Shown here: one piece after another, positions 1 to 11,442 of the stretch
Numbering within the stretch: the first letter of the stretch is position 1
Layout: each line of letters begins with the position of its first letter
Assembly (NCBI RefSeq): GCF_006345805.1
Contig: NC_043005.1
Span: forward strand, 57,722,001-57,786,000
Direction of reading: 5' to 3'
Source: Octopus sinensis
Lineage: Eukaryota
DNA length: 64,000 nt
Translations under genes and position numbers: made by a program
The notes under the pieces: generated by a model
Databases searched by the model: none
What the model saw: only the letters and a program-made list of their open reading frames with translations
Told to the model about the DNA's origin: nothing

Positions 1-914
1 CCGTTAGGGTCACTCCTAAATTGTTATTTTATATATTTAGTCGATGACTATTTTCTCTTTTCCACCAGGCCGCTGGTAGCGATAAATTTCTATTGAATTT
101 TTTTGCTACCCTAAATTGACTATATATATATATATATATTGTCCCATCCTTTTCCTTTGCCTGGAAGGATAAGCAGTTTTCATCTATCTGGTGGCCATGG
201 CGAAAGGGGTTGTGTGGTGACCAAACTGATAGGGCTGGAGATGGACGCCTTCCTCTTTGGCCAAGCCCTCACCAATTTTTAAGATTTCACATAAAATGGA
301 AAACAAAAATGAAGAGAAAAGTGCTGGCGCTGAGCAAAATTTTTGAAAGATGGGTATGAGGGAGAAGAACAGTGATGATATACGCCGGCAGATTGAACTA
401 TATTCTCGTATCAACTAATAATAATTCTTTCTGACTTTGACACACACCTAGCAATTTTGAAGGGATGGATTACTTTACCTGCTCTTCATTTTATCAACCC
501 AGAAAGAATGAAAAGTAAAATTGAGCTTGGTGGGATTTGAACCCAGAGTGTAAAGAGTCAGAAGAAATGCCTTGAGGCTATACAAGTTCTGCCAGATTGC
601 TACTATAGACTAACTAATAAGAATTGGGAATAATTAGGGCAGCTTTGTACTTCCCACGGTCGCCACAAAGTGAATGTGTGTGCGTGTATGTGTGTGTGTA
701 TATGTGTGTGTGCATGTGCATATGCAAGTTTGCATGTGTGTGTGCAACATACACACACGTGTGTGTGTGTGTGCAACAGAGCATTTATGCCGTGTCTACA
801 TTTTTAGAATGTAGACATTTAATAGACTGTCTTAGTTTCAGTTTGGTAATCACTTGATAGAATTCAATAGCCATTTCGGAATATGATAGCAGCGGTCTCA
901 GATGTTTGCTAGAT

Positions 915-1056
915 GTCACACACACACACACACATACACACAGACACACACAGACACCACACACACACACACACACACACATACACACAACACACACAAC
1001 AGACACACAACACACACACACACACACTTTCTACCTCTCTCTTTCTCTCTCTCTCT
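915..1056. repeat. (CA)n followed by (CT)n microsatellite
   Basis: Direct reading. It explains the HT/VC pseudo-ORFs in the track. Confidence 0.95.
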
Positions 1057-1394
1057 CTTTCTCTCTCCTCACATGTACACATACACATACTCATATATTC
1101 ATGCATACACGGCCTCAGTGGCACACATAATAACCCAGCGCACCATTCTTCATATATTTTTTATTTATATAATTTCTGTCTTCTTCATTAATCACCATTC
1201 ATCCCACCATCGTCCGTCACATTCTCCTTTATGTTACTTTGCTTTCTGTATGGATATATTTTATCATGTATGTATGTATGTCATTATTCAGTTTATTTCA
1301 AGATTTCTTGCCAATAGAGAAAGAACCGGATTCTAACCTAGATCCAAGGCTCCTCCATTAGAATTTCAACATCAACAATAGGGTATTTTTCCTT

Positions 1395-1580
1395 GTATGT
1401 ATGTATGTATGTATGTATGTATGTATGTATGTATGTATGTATGTATGTATGTATGTATGTATGTATGTATGTATGAATGAATGTATGTATGTATGTATGT
1501 ATGTGAATGTATGAATGAATGTATGTATGTATGTATGTATGTATGTATGTATGTATGTATGTATGTATGTATGTATGTAT
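1395..1580. repeat. (TATG)n microsatellite at the 3' end of an R4-like LINE
   Basis: Direct reading, with a few GAAT interruptions. Confidence 0.95.
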
Positions 1581-2533
1581 GTGCAGATTTGTATGTTTTG
1601 TGTATCTATTCTCATGCATACAGTTGCATATCTAGACATGCTCATATATATCTAAATAATAAACTTCTGGAAAATTTTACAGATTTTTACAGTTCCAGTG
1701 ACGGATTGGATCTGTAGTCTTCGAATTAGCTTTCTCCTTTCTGGTTTTGAGAAGCCTAATTTCTCAAGATTGGTATTTAGGCAGTGTATTATATTTCCCA
1801 GTGCCGCAATAATTACAGGTATAAACCTGAACTTGTAATCTGGATAGAGTAACTGCAGATTTCTCAATAGCTCAGCATAGGTATTCTCTTTTTCGCTGAT
1901 CTTCAGCTTTATGTTAACATCCACTAAGCAGCTAATTTCCACAACTGTGCACAGTTTCTCTTCTCTCTTCCAAATCATTATATCAGGTCTGTTGTGATTA
2001 CATTTTATTGAGGTCTTCACTTTTTATTATGAGTGGCTATGGCTTCTACCATATTATGGGTTCTTATTTCTTTGTCCTCGAGATTATCCTTCCGACAAAT
2101 TTCATTATAGGGTGTCCTAGCGACAACATCATATCTCATCGGTAGATAATACCGTGATGCCATTTTCGGACGACTGTTTATGACGTGAGTGATATCTTCA
2201 GTGTGAACTCTACAATATCTGCATCGGTTGTCACATTTTACTGCTTTGCCCACATCTCTATCCCTTTTGTGCATCAGGTACTTGGTTGATAATTCATGTT
2301 CCTGGATTGCAAACGTGTACCTTTCAAAGTGGAAGGTAGTAATCCGGCTATTGATCCATGATAAACTGATTTGATGATCAGTGTTACTATCATCACGGAG
2401 ATTTCTAACATATCCATGCATAGTCTTCTGCTCATACAGGATCATCCTTTCAACTGATGATACGTTACGGCTGAGTCGTGCGACTTCTTTGGACATGTAT
2501 TCTAGGTTGTCAGACAAAGAATGTTGCTCAAGG
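1581..2533 (-). mobile_element. 5'-truncated, decayed RLE-type non-LTR retrotransposon (R4/Dong-like): CCHC knuckle, restriction-like endonuclease and 3' UTR
   Basis: ORF 2017-2517 contains AIQEHELSTKYL...CRYC...EDITHVINS.PKMASRYYLPMRYDVVA (degenerate CCHC). ORF 1652-2020 contains HNRPDIMIW...VVEISC..D.N..LKISEKE..Y..L...PVII.ALG (PD-(D/E)xK RLE). The 3' UTR runs into (CATA)n on the sense strand. Confidence 0.85.
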
Positions 2534-3067
2534 AGTTGTGGAAATTAGCTGCCCAGCAGATACTAACATAGAGCTGAAGATCACTGAAAAATAAAAAAAA
2601 ACATCTATGCTGAGCTATTGAGAAATTCAAAATTAAACAGAAGCAGGACAAAGGAACGAACAGAAAATTCACACACAAGATACGTCTTTCCTCGTCAGTT
2701 ATTGTCCAAAAAATCATTACAACTTCACACCTTTAGCGATAATATTGTTCATTATTGGTGGCGTCAACAGCGAAAAGCTGTCGAGAATAGTGAGCGAACG
2801 TTGGGGACAGTGACAAAGGCAAAAACGACTCAGGTAATGGGTGCGAATATAAATGTAAATTTACAAACAAAATAAATATACAACAAATAAACGAAATGAA
2901 GGCTACACGGCTCTGAGGCAAGACAAGCATAAATAATGCAATGGAAAATGTCATTTAGGACTAGACAGGGAAAGTGAACAGCTGAAAATATAACGGATGG
3001 TGAGAAAATAAAAGAGAACGAACCGTGTTATGTATGTATGTATGTATGGTTATAACCATATTTACCC

Positions 3068-3299
3068 ATTTCTTTACTACCCACAAGGGGCTAAACACAG
3101 AGAGGACAAACAAGGACAGACAAACGAATTAAGTCGATTATATCGACCCCAGGGCGTAACTGGTACATATTTAATCGACCCCGAAAGGATGAAAGGTAAA
3201 GTCGACCTCGGCAGAATTTGAACTCACAACGTAGCGGCAGACGAGATACTGCTAAGCATTTCGTCCAGCGTGCTAACGACTCTGCCAGCTCGCCGCCTT
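3068..3299 (-). mobile_element. tRNA-derived SINE, family A (head AAGGCGGCGAGCTGGCAGA...)
   Basis: A-box-like TGGCAGAGTCG and B-box-like GAGTTCAAATTC on the minus strand, central CTTTCATCCTTTCGGGGTCGAT motif, many homologous copies in the window. Confidence 0.85.
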
Positions 3300-3796
3300 A
3301 GTTTATACCATTTTTACCATTATATGAATCGCTCGCACTATATTATCTTTGGTTCTAACGGAAAAAGCTGGAGTGTAACTTACACATGACGCAAAACTAA
3401 GGCTTTTGCTCTTTAAACGTTACTTACCCACCGGTCAGGCTAACCGCTATCGTTACCGCCTAATACCATGCTCGTTTGAACTACAAACAATTTTAGTTGG
3501 CGCTAAAGCATTATATATTGTGTTATTTCCTTGTTTCTAGTCGTAACTTGAATAACTTGATATTCTTTCTTTCTTTTCTACGTTACTTGTAGGTCATTTC
3601 TAACGTATTGTTTGTTATCTATTTTGTATGTCAATAAATGTGTTTCAACGTGGCCATTCATTTTGTTGAAACATGCTAAGTTAATTAACGTCATCAATTA
3701 TGATGCCGTGCTTGAATATGTTGGAGGAAAAAGAATTGTGTACCAAGATTTAACACTAAATTAGTGGTGTGACTCATACACAAGTACATACATACA

Positions 3797-3830
<34 letters not shown>

Positions 3831-3996
3831 CATACATACGTACGTACGTACGTATTTGTGTGTGGTTGTGTGTGTGTGTGTGTTTGTGTTGATTACAATA
3901 ATTTATAAACGGTTTTTTTCTATCCAAAGGAGTTTTTTGCCTAATAATTTACGTGCTTTTATTTATAGCTTTATCGGCTTCCAGATACACTGTTCC

Positions 3997-4072
<76 letters not shown>

Positions 4073-4312
4073 AAGGAGCTTCTACAGGACTAGAACTGTT
4101 TCATTCAAAAGAAATCATGTAGAAGCTCCTTCTATAAAAAATTAATTTACTCTGCTATGTATTGAGTACCTTTATTTCCCTGTGGTTAACCCCGACTCAA
4201 CCCGGACCTACATATATATAATATATATATATATATATATTATATATATTATATATATATATATATATATTTTATAATATATATATATGTATATATATAT
4301 ATAAAAATGTAT

Positions 4313-4368
<56 letters not shown>

Positions 4369-4513
4369 AAGAGCAATAAAGATTCAAGTTAATTAAAAAA
4401 TTTACTTGAATATGGTACCTAACTTAGATGCACCAAAAAAAACTATACTGATTTAACAATACAGTAATGTGGGGTGATTATAAGCGAGAAAGAAGCAACA
4501 AGAATGGATAGGT

Positions 4514-4604
4514 TTTTAGTACGATCGTTTCATACAAGGACAGGTTTTATTAAAAGTTGCAAAGATTACAGCATATAAACGAGTCCCGTACTCATCAGCT
4601 AAAA
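4514..4604 (-). ncRNA. Type I hammerhead ribozyme, copy 1 (extended stem II)
   Basis: Minus strand reads TTTTAG-CTGATGA-(60 nt)-GAA-ACGATCGT-A-CTAAAA. Stem I is TTTTAG/CTAAAA, the cleavage triplet is GUA. Confidence 0.8.
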
Positions 4605-6036
4605 ACATGTAAGTTCTCTAGACATCCTAGTGTTTGAGGCTATACTCATGAAGTAATGTAGATAATTAAACAGATTTCTAAAGTTCATTAAAGTTCTTTA
4701 AAGATGATGTCAGTCTTATCACAGAATTTTAAAAAGTTTGATAGCATCACAGAGAAGGTGACCTAATCCATATGAATTTCCATAGATATGATGAGGGATT
4801 ATATACTCACAGAAGACAAATTTATCCATTGTTAATTACAACGAGGTGGGTCTCAATTCCTGCTTATTAGCATTACAGAGAGGGTGAATTAATCCTTTGT
4901 ATATATGCACAGATTCCAATGGTGTAGATGTAAATTTTCCAGAGAAATGGAGATGAATTTCATATTTACAGGCGATAAATTTTACAATGGTTGAACACAA
5001 TGAGGTAGGTATCAATCCTTGTTATATGATTAGGTGTTTTGCCACATTAGTCACATTACTGCTATTCACAAGAGGCTGTAGCTATTTAACTCTTAAAGGC
5101 TGAAGGGCTTACTAGATCGGCCAAGAATAGAGAAGGGAATAGAAGAAAAGAGAGAAAATAATGGAGGAGGGAGCAAAAAGGGGGGGGGGAGAGGGGACTA
5201 AAAGAGAAGAGAAAAAGGAAACAGAGAATAAGAAGAAGAAAAGAAAAGAGAAAAGAGAAAGAAATAGGGAAAGAAGGGAAAAAAGAAAAAGAAAAAAAGA
5301 GGGTTCTAGCTATACAGAAGAGTTAGTAGACTGTAAGTCTGGTTTTAATCAACAGGCATCTAGGAACTAGAGGAGAATATTATTCTTGACCAGTAAACCG
5401 TTAATTTATTGCTGTTGAAATCAGCTATGAGTTTAAAGAGAATCTAAAGAGATAACACAGTCAGGGTTAAGGGGTCAGATGCTAAAATCACCAGAAAATA
5501 CATTAGGAAAATCTAAGTATAATCTTATCAAAAAGTCATTAAAAATTTACTTATTTAATTATTCATTTTATTGTCTTAAGGAGTTGTCGTTATTATTCAT
5601 ACATTGACTGACTACAGGTCAAATCTTATAAGATCATTTACAAGGTGTTAGGGGATTGTCTATCATAATGAAGATCATCATTATCACCGAGGGAATAGCC
5701 TTATTTATTAATTATGAAATAGAATTATGGGGCTACAGTAACTAATTATAATTTATTAGAGTTATGCTATTTAATTAGATTAAGTTAGGAATTAAAATTA
5801 AATATTACAATTAAGATTTAAAATTAAGAATTTAAAATTGTGAGTTTGAAATTAAATAAGCCTCAATTAAGTAGCGAATAAGTACTATTCATTTCCCTGT
5901 TCTCAAAAAACTGATGCAGATATAAGGAAAAAGATAAAGATAACTGTAATGTGAGAACTCTTAGTTATCTACTTAAAGCAGTGCTATACTAGTAGAAATC
6001 AAGTTATATCTATCTATCTAGTTATGAATATTCCAA

Positions 6037-8867
6037 TCATTTAAAATATTTTAAAGTCTTCAATTTAGCGTGGACACAAACTTGACCTAGTTCGATATGG
6101 TTATTCAATAAGTTTCTATGTTTACTATGCTTTAGAATTTCGTACGTCTCCATGGAGCATAGTTGACAACCAACCCTACTATTTTTATACGGAATTGCTC
6201 TCCTAACTATTTCCCAATTAAGGGTATAATTTTTATTATTATTTTTGAGTTCCCAGATTTTGTTTGAAGTGTGGTGGTACCAGCTTTATGACGTAATTTA
6301 AAAGTCGAGATGTGATTTCTAACTCTAGCTAAAAATTAATTGTACAGCCAATGTAAAAATATTTGTTATTCTCCGTGGATATGGTACATTTATAGATTAC
6401 ATTATTTTCCCTACATAGACCAGGTGCCGGGCATTTTGATTTTATTCTACACTTACACACAGGAGGAACAACTTCAGGCCTTGGATTATTCCTGGGTAGA
6501 TGTTTAAGGTTCCTATTATTTTGATTATCATTTCTATAGTTGGTGCTATCTAATATCTAAAGTATTGTTATTATTTATTGATCCTTCTGTTTCATCATTT
6601 AGGTGTAAAGTCCTACCAAGATTTCTTATATTATTCGTAATGTTATTATTATTGTTAGTCTTTTTATCCAACTGTATATTATTGTTATAGATATCACTGA
6701 TATTTTCATTCTCCTTATTTTCTCCATTAGCCTTATTTCTATTATTTCTATTATTAACAATATTACTTCTATTAATATCGGCATTATTATTATTACTATT
6801 ATGTTAATGTTATTAGTCATTCTGTGGTTACTAATTTCACCTATGTTTTGATAGTTCCTATTGCTGTTTTTATTGTTGGTAGTATTATTGTTATTGCTAT
6901 TGGTATTCATTCTGATATTATTATTTTTATTTCTATCTTTCCTGGCTAGTTTAATGTTGTTATTATTAATTTTAGCTATTAAAGGGACATATTTGGGAGG
7001 GTTGAATAAGAAATCCTAACTGTTTTCCTAGAAATAATTCTATGATATCTATGAGAGATAGGGAAATTTTTTTCCAGAATCACTTTGAATTTGTTCTGTA
7101 TATCCGATTGTATCGCACAGTTGAAAGGAATATTCAGCCATAATATATCTTTTATAAAATTTAGGGTTCGTAGAATTACTACTATTCATCTCACCGGAGT
7201 TATTGTATTTATTACCATTATTTTTATTTTTATTGTGTGTGCATCTTAGGTTTATCTACTTCAATCTTATCCGAGTTACCTATGTTCTGGTCAATGCTTC
7301 TATTTGAATTGTTGGCCTGTACTCTAGATTAGCGTTTACCGTTAATTTAATTCTACTTTATTTCGTTCGGGCTTGGTCTTTTTTGCTGCTTACGTGATTA
7401 CTGATAACTTCTTATTAGGAATACGTGAGTTCTCCCTATCAACGAATGTAATCTTTTGGTTGTATCCAGCTTAGTTAACGCCGCATTATAATGCTCAGAA
7501 TGGGAGTTAAATATATCCTTATTGGAAGATAATTTTGAAATTCTTAATGAAATATTTCTTACTAAAGATTCTATTATATTTGGGGGATGATTTGATAATT
7601 TATTACGTAATTCGTGACTTCGCCTTCCTTTCTAATGGGTAATGTAGCTTGGAGTTAAGGTCTAGGGTATATCTAGGAAATTAGCTATTTTAGTGCCGGT
7701 TCATACGTTATACTGAGGTTGAAATCCTTAAGAACTTATTAATTTTCTTTCTAATCCTTTCTATAACAGATTTATTATTACTAGGGATAACAAACAGAGC
7801 ATCCCCTATATAGACCCCCCTGTATTTCTGGGATATCCTTGCTTATGCATTTTAATAGATATGCGCCTACTAGGTTGGTTACCTCAGCCGAATCACTGGA
7901 ACCCATTGGTATATCAAAAAAATTTGGTGTATCTGCTCTAGTCCATAATTTATCTTCAAATTCAATAAATGTCTTCCTAGCTAGTAGCACATATTATTTC
8001 TTCTCTAGTTATGAGGGAGCGATTCATGGCAAATATTAGTGATTTGTTGAGTAAGATAGGGGAAATGCTAGAGTAATAACTATTAATATCGAACTGAATA
8101 AAGGACAGACTACTAGTATTAGTTAGAGAGTTAAACCATTTTAGAACTTCGTCGGTACTTAGCCATAGGTTTAAGGGGAAAGAGGGGTTATTTGGGGTAG
8201 AACAGTATCCAGGATAGATTTACTAAGTCGGCCAATGTCCGACTTAGTTGGACAGATCAGCCTTACTGAAGGGTTATCCAAGAAGTCCTTTTTGTGGTCT
8301 TTAAGGTTGATCCTGGGCTCACAGGGTTTAAGTGGCTCCGTTCTATCTGTTAAAATTAGTTTCTCCATGATCTCTTTCATTTCCATGTTTACTTTTTTCA
8401 AATTGTTCTTAGTTGTAATTTTATATTGGAGTTTAGTTCTTTCCTAATTAATTTGCTATAAATATCGTAATCAACTCTATACATATTACCCGTTTTATCT
8501 GCTGGTACTAGGATTCCATGTTTGCACCGGGTTGACTGAATAAAGTTCCTAAGGTGTCTAAGGTGAGGGTTATATCTTAACGGGTGTTCTTGAAGCTAAT
8601 ATCATCTATAAGATTCAGCAAGTCTTTCTCAAAGTTCTCCAGGAATGGGTTCTGAGGTGGGCTTTTTCTACTTTTAAAATTCTTCTAAAATTCTTTTCGG
8701 TATTCATTTCCTGAGGTTTCTTCTTCTGTTTGACATCAAAATGGTACGTTTTCCACCTGATTCTTCTAATGAAATCGTTAATCCTATGAATGAGAAGCCA
8801 ATTATATTCATCTATACTATGTAAGGGGGATGTCTTTAGGGGAGAACTCAATGTTTACTTTTTCCAT
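6037..8867 (-). pseudogene. PLE ORF copy 1: reverse transcriptase plus C-terminal GIY-YIG endonuclease (frameshifted as assembled)
   Basis: Fragments read IDEYNWLLIHRINDFIRRIRWKTYHF, PRINLKDHKKDFLDNPSVRLICPTKSDIGRLSK, FFDIPMGSSDSAEVTNLVGAYLL and GGLYR(DD). The broken frames are due to 1-bp indels. Confidence 0.9.
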
Positions 8868-9067
8868 TCTTGTTGAGAAATTAAGTACCAGAAAAACATA
8901 CAGACTGTATGGGAATATATTCAAGAGCAATAAAGATTCAAGTTAATTTAAAAATTTACTTGAATATGGTACCTAACTTAGATGCACCAAAAAAAACTAT
9001 ACTGATTTAACAATACAGTAATGTGGGGTGATTATAAGCGAGAAAGAAGCAACAAGAATGGATAGGT

Positions 9068-9158
9068 TTTTAGTACGATCGTTTCATACAAGGACAGGTT
9101 TTATTAAAAGTTGCAAAGATTACAGCATATAAACGAGTCCCGTACTCATCAGCTAAAA
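9068..9158 (-). ncRNA. Type I hammerhead ribozyme, copy 2
   Basis: Same sequence as copy 1, 4554 bp away. Confidence 0.8.
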
Positions 9159-11149
9159 TACATGTAAGTTCCTAGACATCCTAGTGTTTGAGGCTATACT
9201 CATGAAGTAATGTAGATAATTAAACAGATTTCTAAAGTTCATTAAAGTTCTTTAAAGATGATGTACAGTCTTATCACAGAATTTTAAAAAAGTTTTGATA
9301 GCATCACAGAGAAGGTGACCTAATCCATATGAATTTCCATAGATATGATGAGGGATTATATACTCACAGAAGACAATTTATCCATTGTTAATACAACGAG
9401 GTGGGTCTCATTCCTGCTTATTAGCATTACAGAGAGGGTGAATTAATCCTTTGTATATATGCACAGATTCCAATGGTGTAGATGTAAATTTCCAGAGAAA
9501 TGGAGATGAATTTCATATTACAGGCGATAAATTTTACAATGGTTGAACACAAATGAGGTAGGTATCAATCCTTGTTAATGATTAGTGTTTGCCACATTAG
9601 TCACATTACTGCTATTCACAAGAGGCTGTAGCTATTTAACTCTTAAAGGCTGAAGGGCTTACTAGATCGGCCAGAATAGAGAAGGGAATAGAAGAAAAGA
9701 GAGAAAATAATGGAGGAGGGAGGCAAAAAGGGGGGGGAGAGGGGGACTAAAAGAGAAGAGAAAAGGAACAGAGAATAAGAAAAGAAAAAGAAAAAAGAGA
9801 AAAGAGAAAGAAATAGGGAAAGAAGGGAAAAAAGAAAGAAAAAAAGAGGGTTCTAGCTTATACAGAAGAGTTAGTAGACTGTAAGTCTGGTTTTAATCAA
9901 CAGGCATCTAGGAACTAGAGGAGAATATTTTCTTTGACCAGTAAACCGTTTAATTTATTGCTGTTGAAATCAGCTATGAGTTAAAGAGAATCTAAAGAGA
10001 TAACACAGTCAGGGGTTAAGAAGTCAGATGCTAAAATCACGAAAATACATTAGAAAATCTAAGTATAATCTTATCAAAAAGTCATTATAAAAATTTACTT
10101 ATTTAATTTATTCATTTATTGTCTTAAGGAGTTGTCGTTATATTCATACATTGACTGACTACAGGTCAAACTTATAAGATCATTTACAAGGTGTTAGGGG
10201 ATTGTCTATCATAATGAAATAATCATATTATCACCGAGGGGAATAGTCTTATTTATTAATTATGAAATAGAATTATGGGGCTACAGTAACTAATTATAAT
10301 TTATTAGAGTTATGCTATTTAAATTAGATTAATTAGGAATTAAAATTAAATATTCAATTAAGTTTAAAATTAAGAATTAAAAATTGTGAGTTTGAAATTA
10401 AATAAAGCCTCAATTAAGTAGCGAATAAGTACTATTCATTTCCCTGTTCTCAAAAAACTGATGCAGATATAAGGAAAAAGAAAAGATAAAGATAACTGTA
10501 ATGTGAGAACTCTTAGTTATCTACTTAAAGCAGTGCTATACTAGTAGAAATCAAGTTATATCTATCTATCTAGTTATGAATATTCCAATCATTAAAATAT
10601 TTTAAAGTCTTCAAGAGTTAAATAGCTACAGCCTCTTGAGAGTTAAATAGCTACAGCCTTTAAGAGTTAAATAGCTACAGCCTCTTGTGAATAGCAGTAA
10701 TGTGACTAATGTGGCAAACACCTAATCATATAACAAGGATTGATACCTACCTCATTGTGTTCAACCATTGTAAAATTTATCGCCTGTAAATATGAAATTC
10801 ATCTCCATTTCTCTGGAAATTTACATCTACACCATTGGAATCTATGCATATATACAAAGGATTAATTCACCCTCTCTGTAATGCTAATAAGCAGAGAATG
10901 AGACCCACCTCGTTGTAATTAACAATGGATAATTTGTCTTCTGTGAGTATATAATCCCTCATCATATCTATGGAAATTCATATGGATTAGGTCACCTTCT
11001 CTGTGATGCTATCAAAACTTTTTTAAATTCTGTGATAAGACTGTACATCATCTTTAAGAACTTTAATGAACTTAGAAATCTGTTTAATTATCTACATTAC
11101 TTCATGAGTATAGCCTCAAACACTAGGATGTCTAGAGAACTTACATGTA

Positions 11150-11240
11150 TTTTAGCTGATGAGTACGGGACTCGTTTATATGCTGTAATCTTTGCAACTT
11201 TTAATAAAACTTGTCCTTGTATGAAACGATCGTACTAAAA
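11150..11240 (+). ncRNA. Type I hammerhead ribozyme, copy 3
   Basis: CTGATGA at 11156-11162, GAAAC at 11223-11227, palindromic ACGATCGT, predicted cleavage after A11234, stem I 11150-11155 with 11235-11240. Confidence 0.8.
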
Positions 11241-11442
11241 ACCTATCCATTCTTGTTGCTTCTTTCTCGCTTATAATCACCCCACATTACTGTATTGTTA
11301 AATCAGTATAGTTTTTTTTGGTGCATCTAAGTTAGGTACCATATTCAAGTAAATTTTTTAAATTAACTTGAATCTTTATTGCTCTTTGAATATATTCCCA
11401 TACAGTCTGTATGTTTTTCTGGTACTTAATTTCTCAACAAGA

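Larger units (their letters stand above)
4367..10614 (-). mobile_element. Penelope-like element family 1, minus arm (~1.37 units: tail-pLTR-ORF-tail-pLTR)
   Basis: 4367-~6060 is directly repeated at ~8922-10614 (unit ~4555 bp). It encloses an RT+GIY-YIG ORF and is the reverse complement of 10654-15821. Confidence 0.93.

Noticed and set aside
184-414. 76-aa ORF as a host exon
   Set aside because: No recognisable domain and no supporting neighbouring exons.
624-1645. ORFs rich in HT, YI, VC and similar dipeptides, here and throughout (16.6k, 28k, 31k, 33k, 43k, 48k, 58k)
   Set aside because: They are translations of di- and tetranucleotide microsatellites, not genes.
10612-10690. CRISPR-like or regulatory direct repeats
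   Set aside because: There are no spacers and the context is eukaryotic. The repeats are re-copied element sequence.
11156-11227. SECIS-like reading of the long HHR stem II (AUGA...GA)
   Set aside because: The tandem G.A pairs are intrinsic to the hammerhead core, and I found no in-frame UGA in the merged ORF. Selenoprotein PLEs are reported for the N-terminal-EN Naiad clade, whereas this element has a C-terminal EN.
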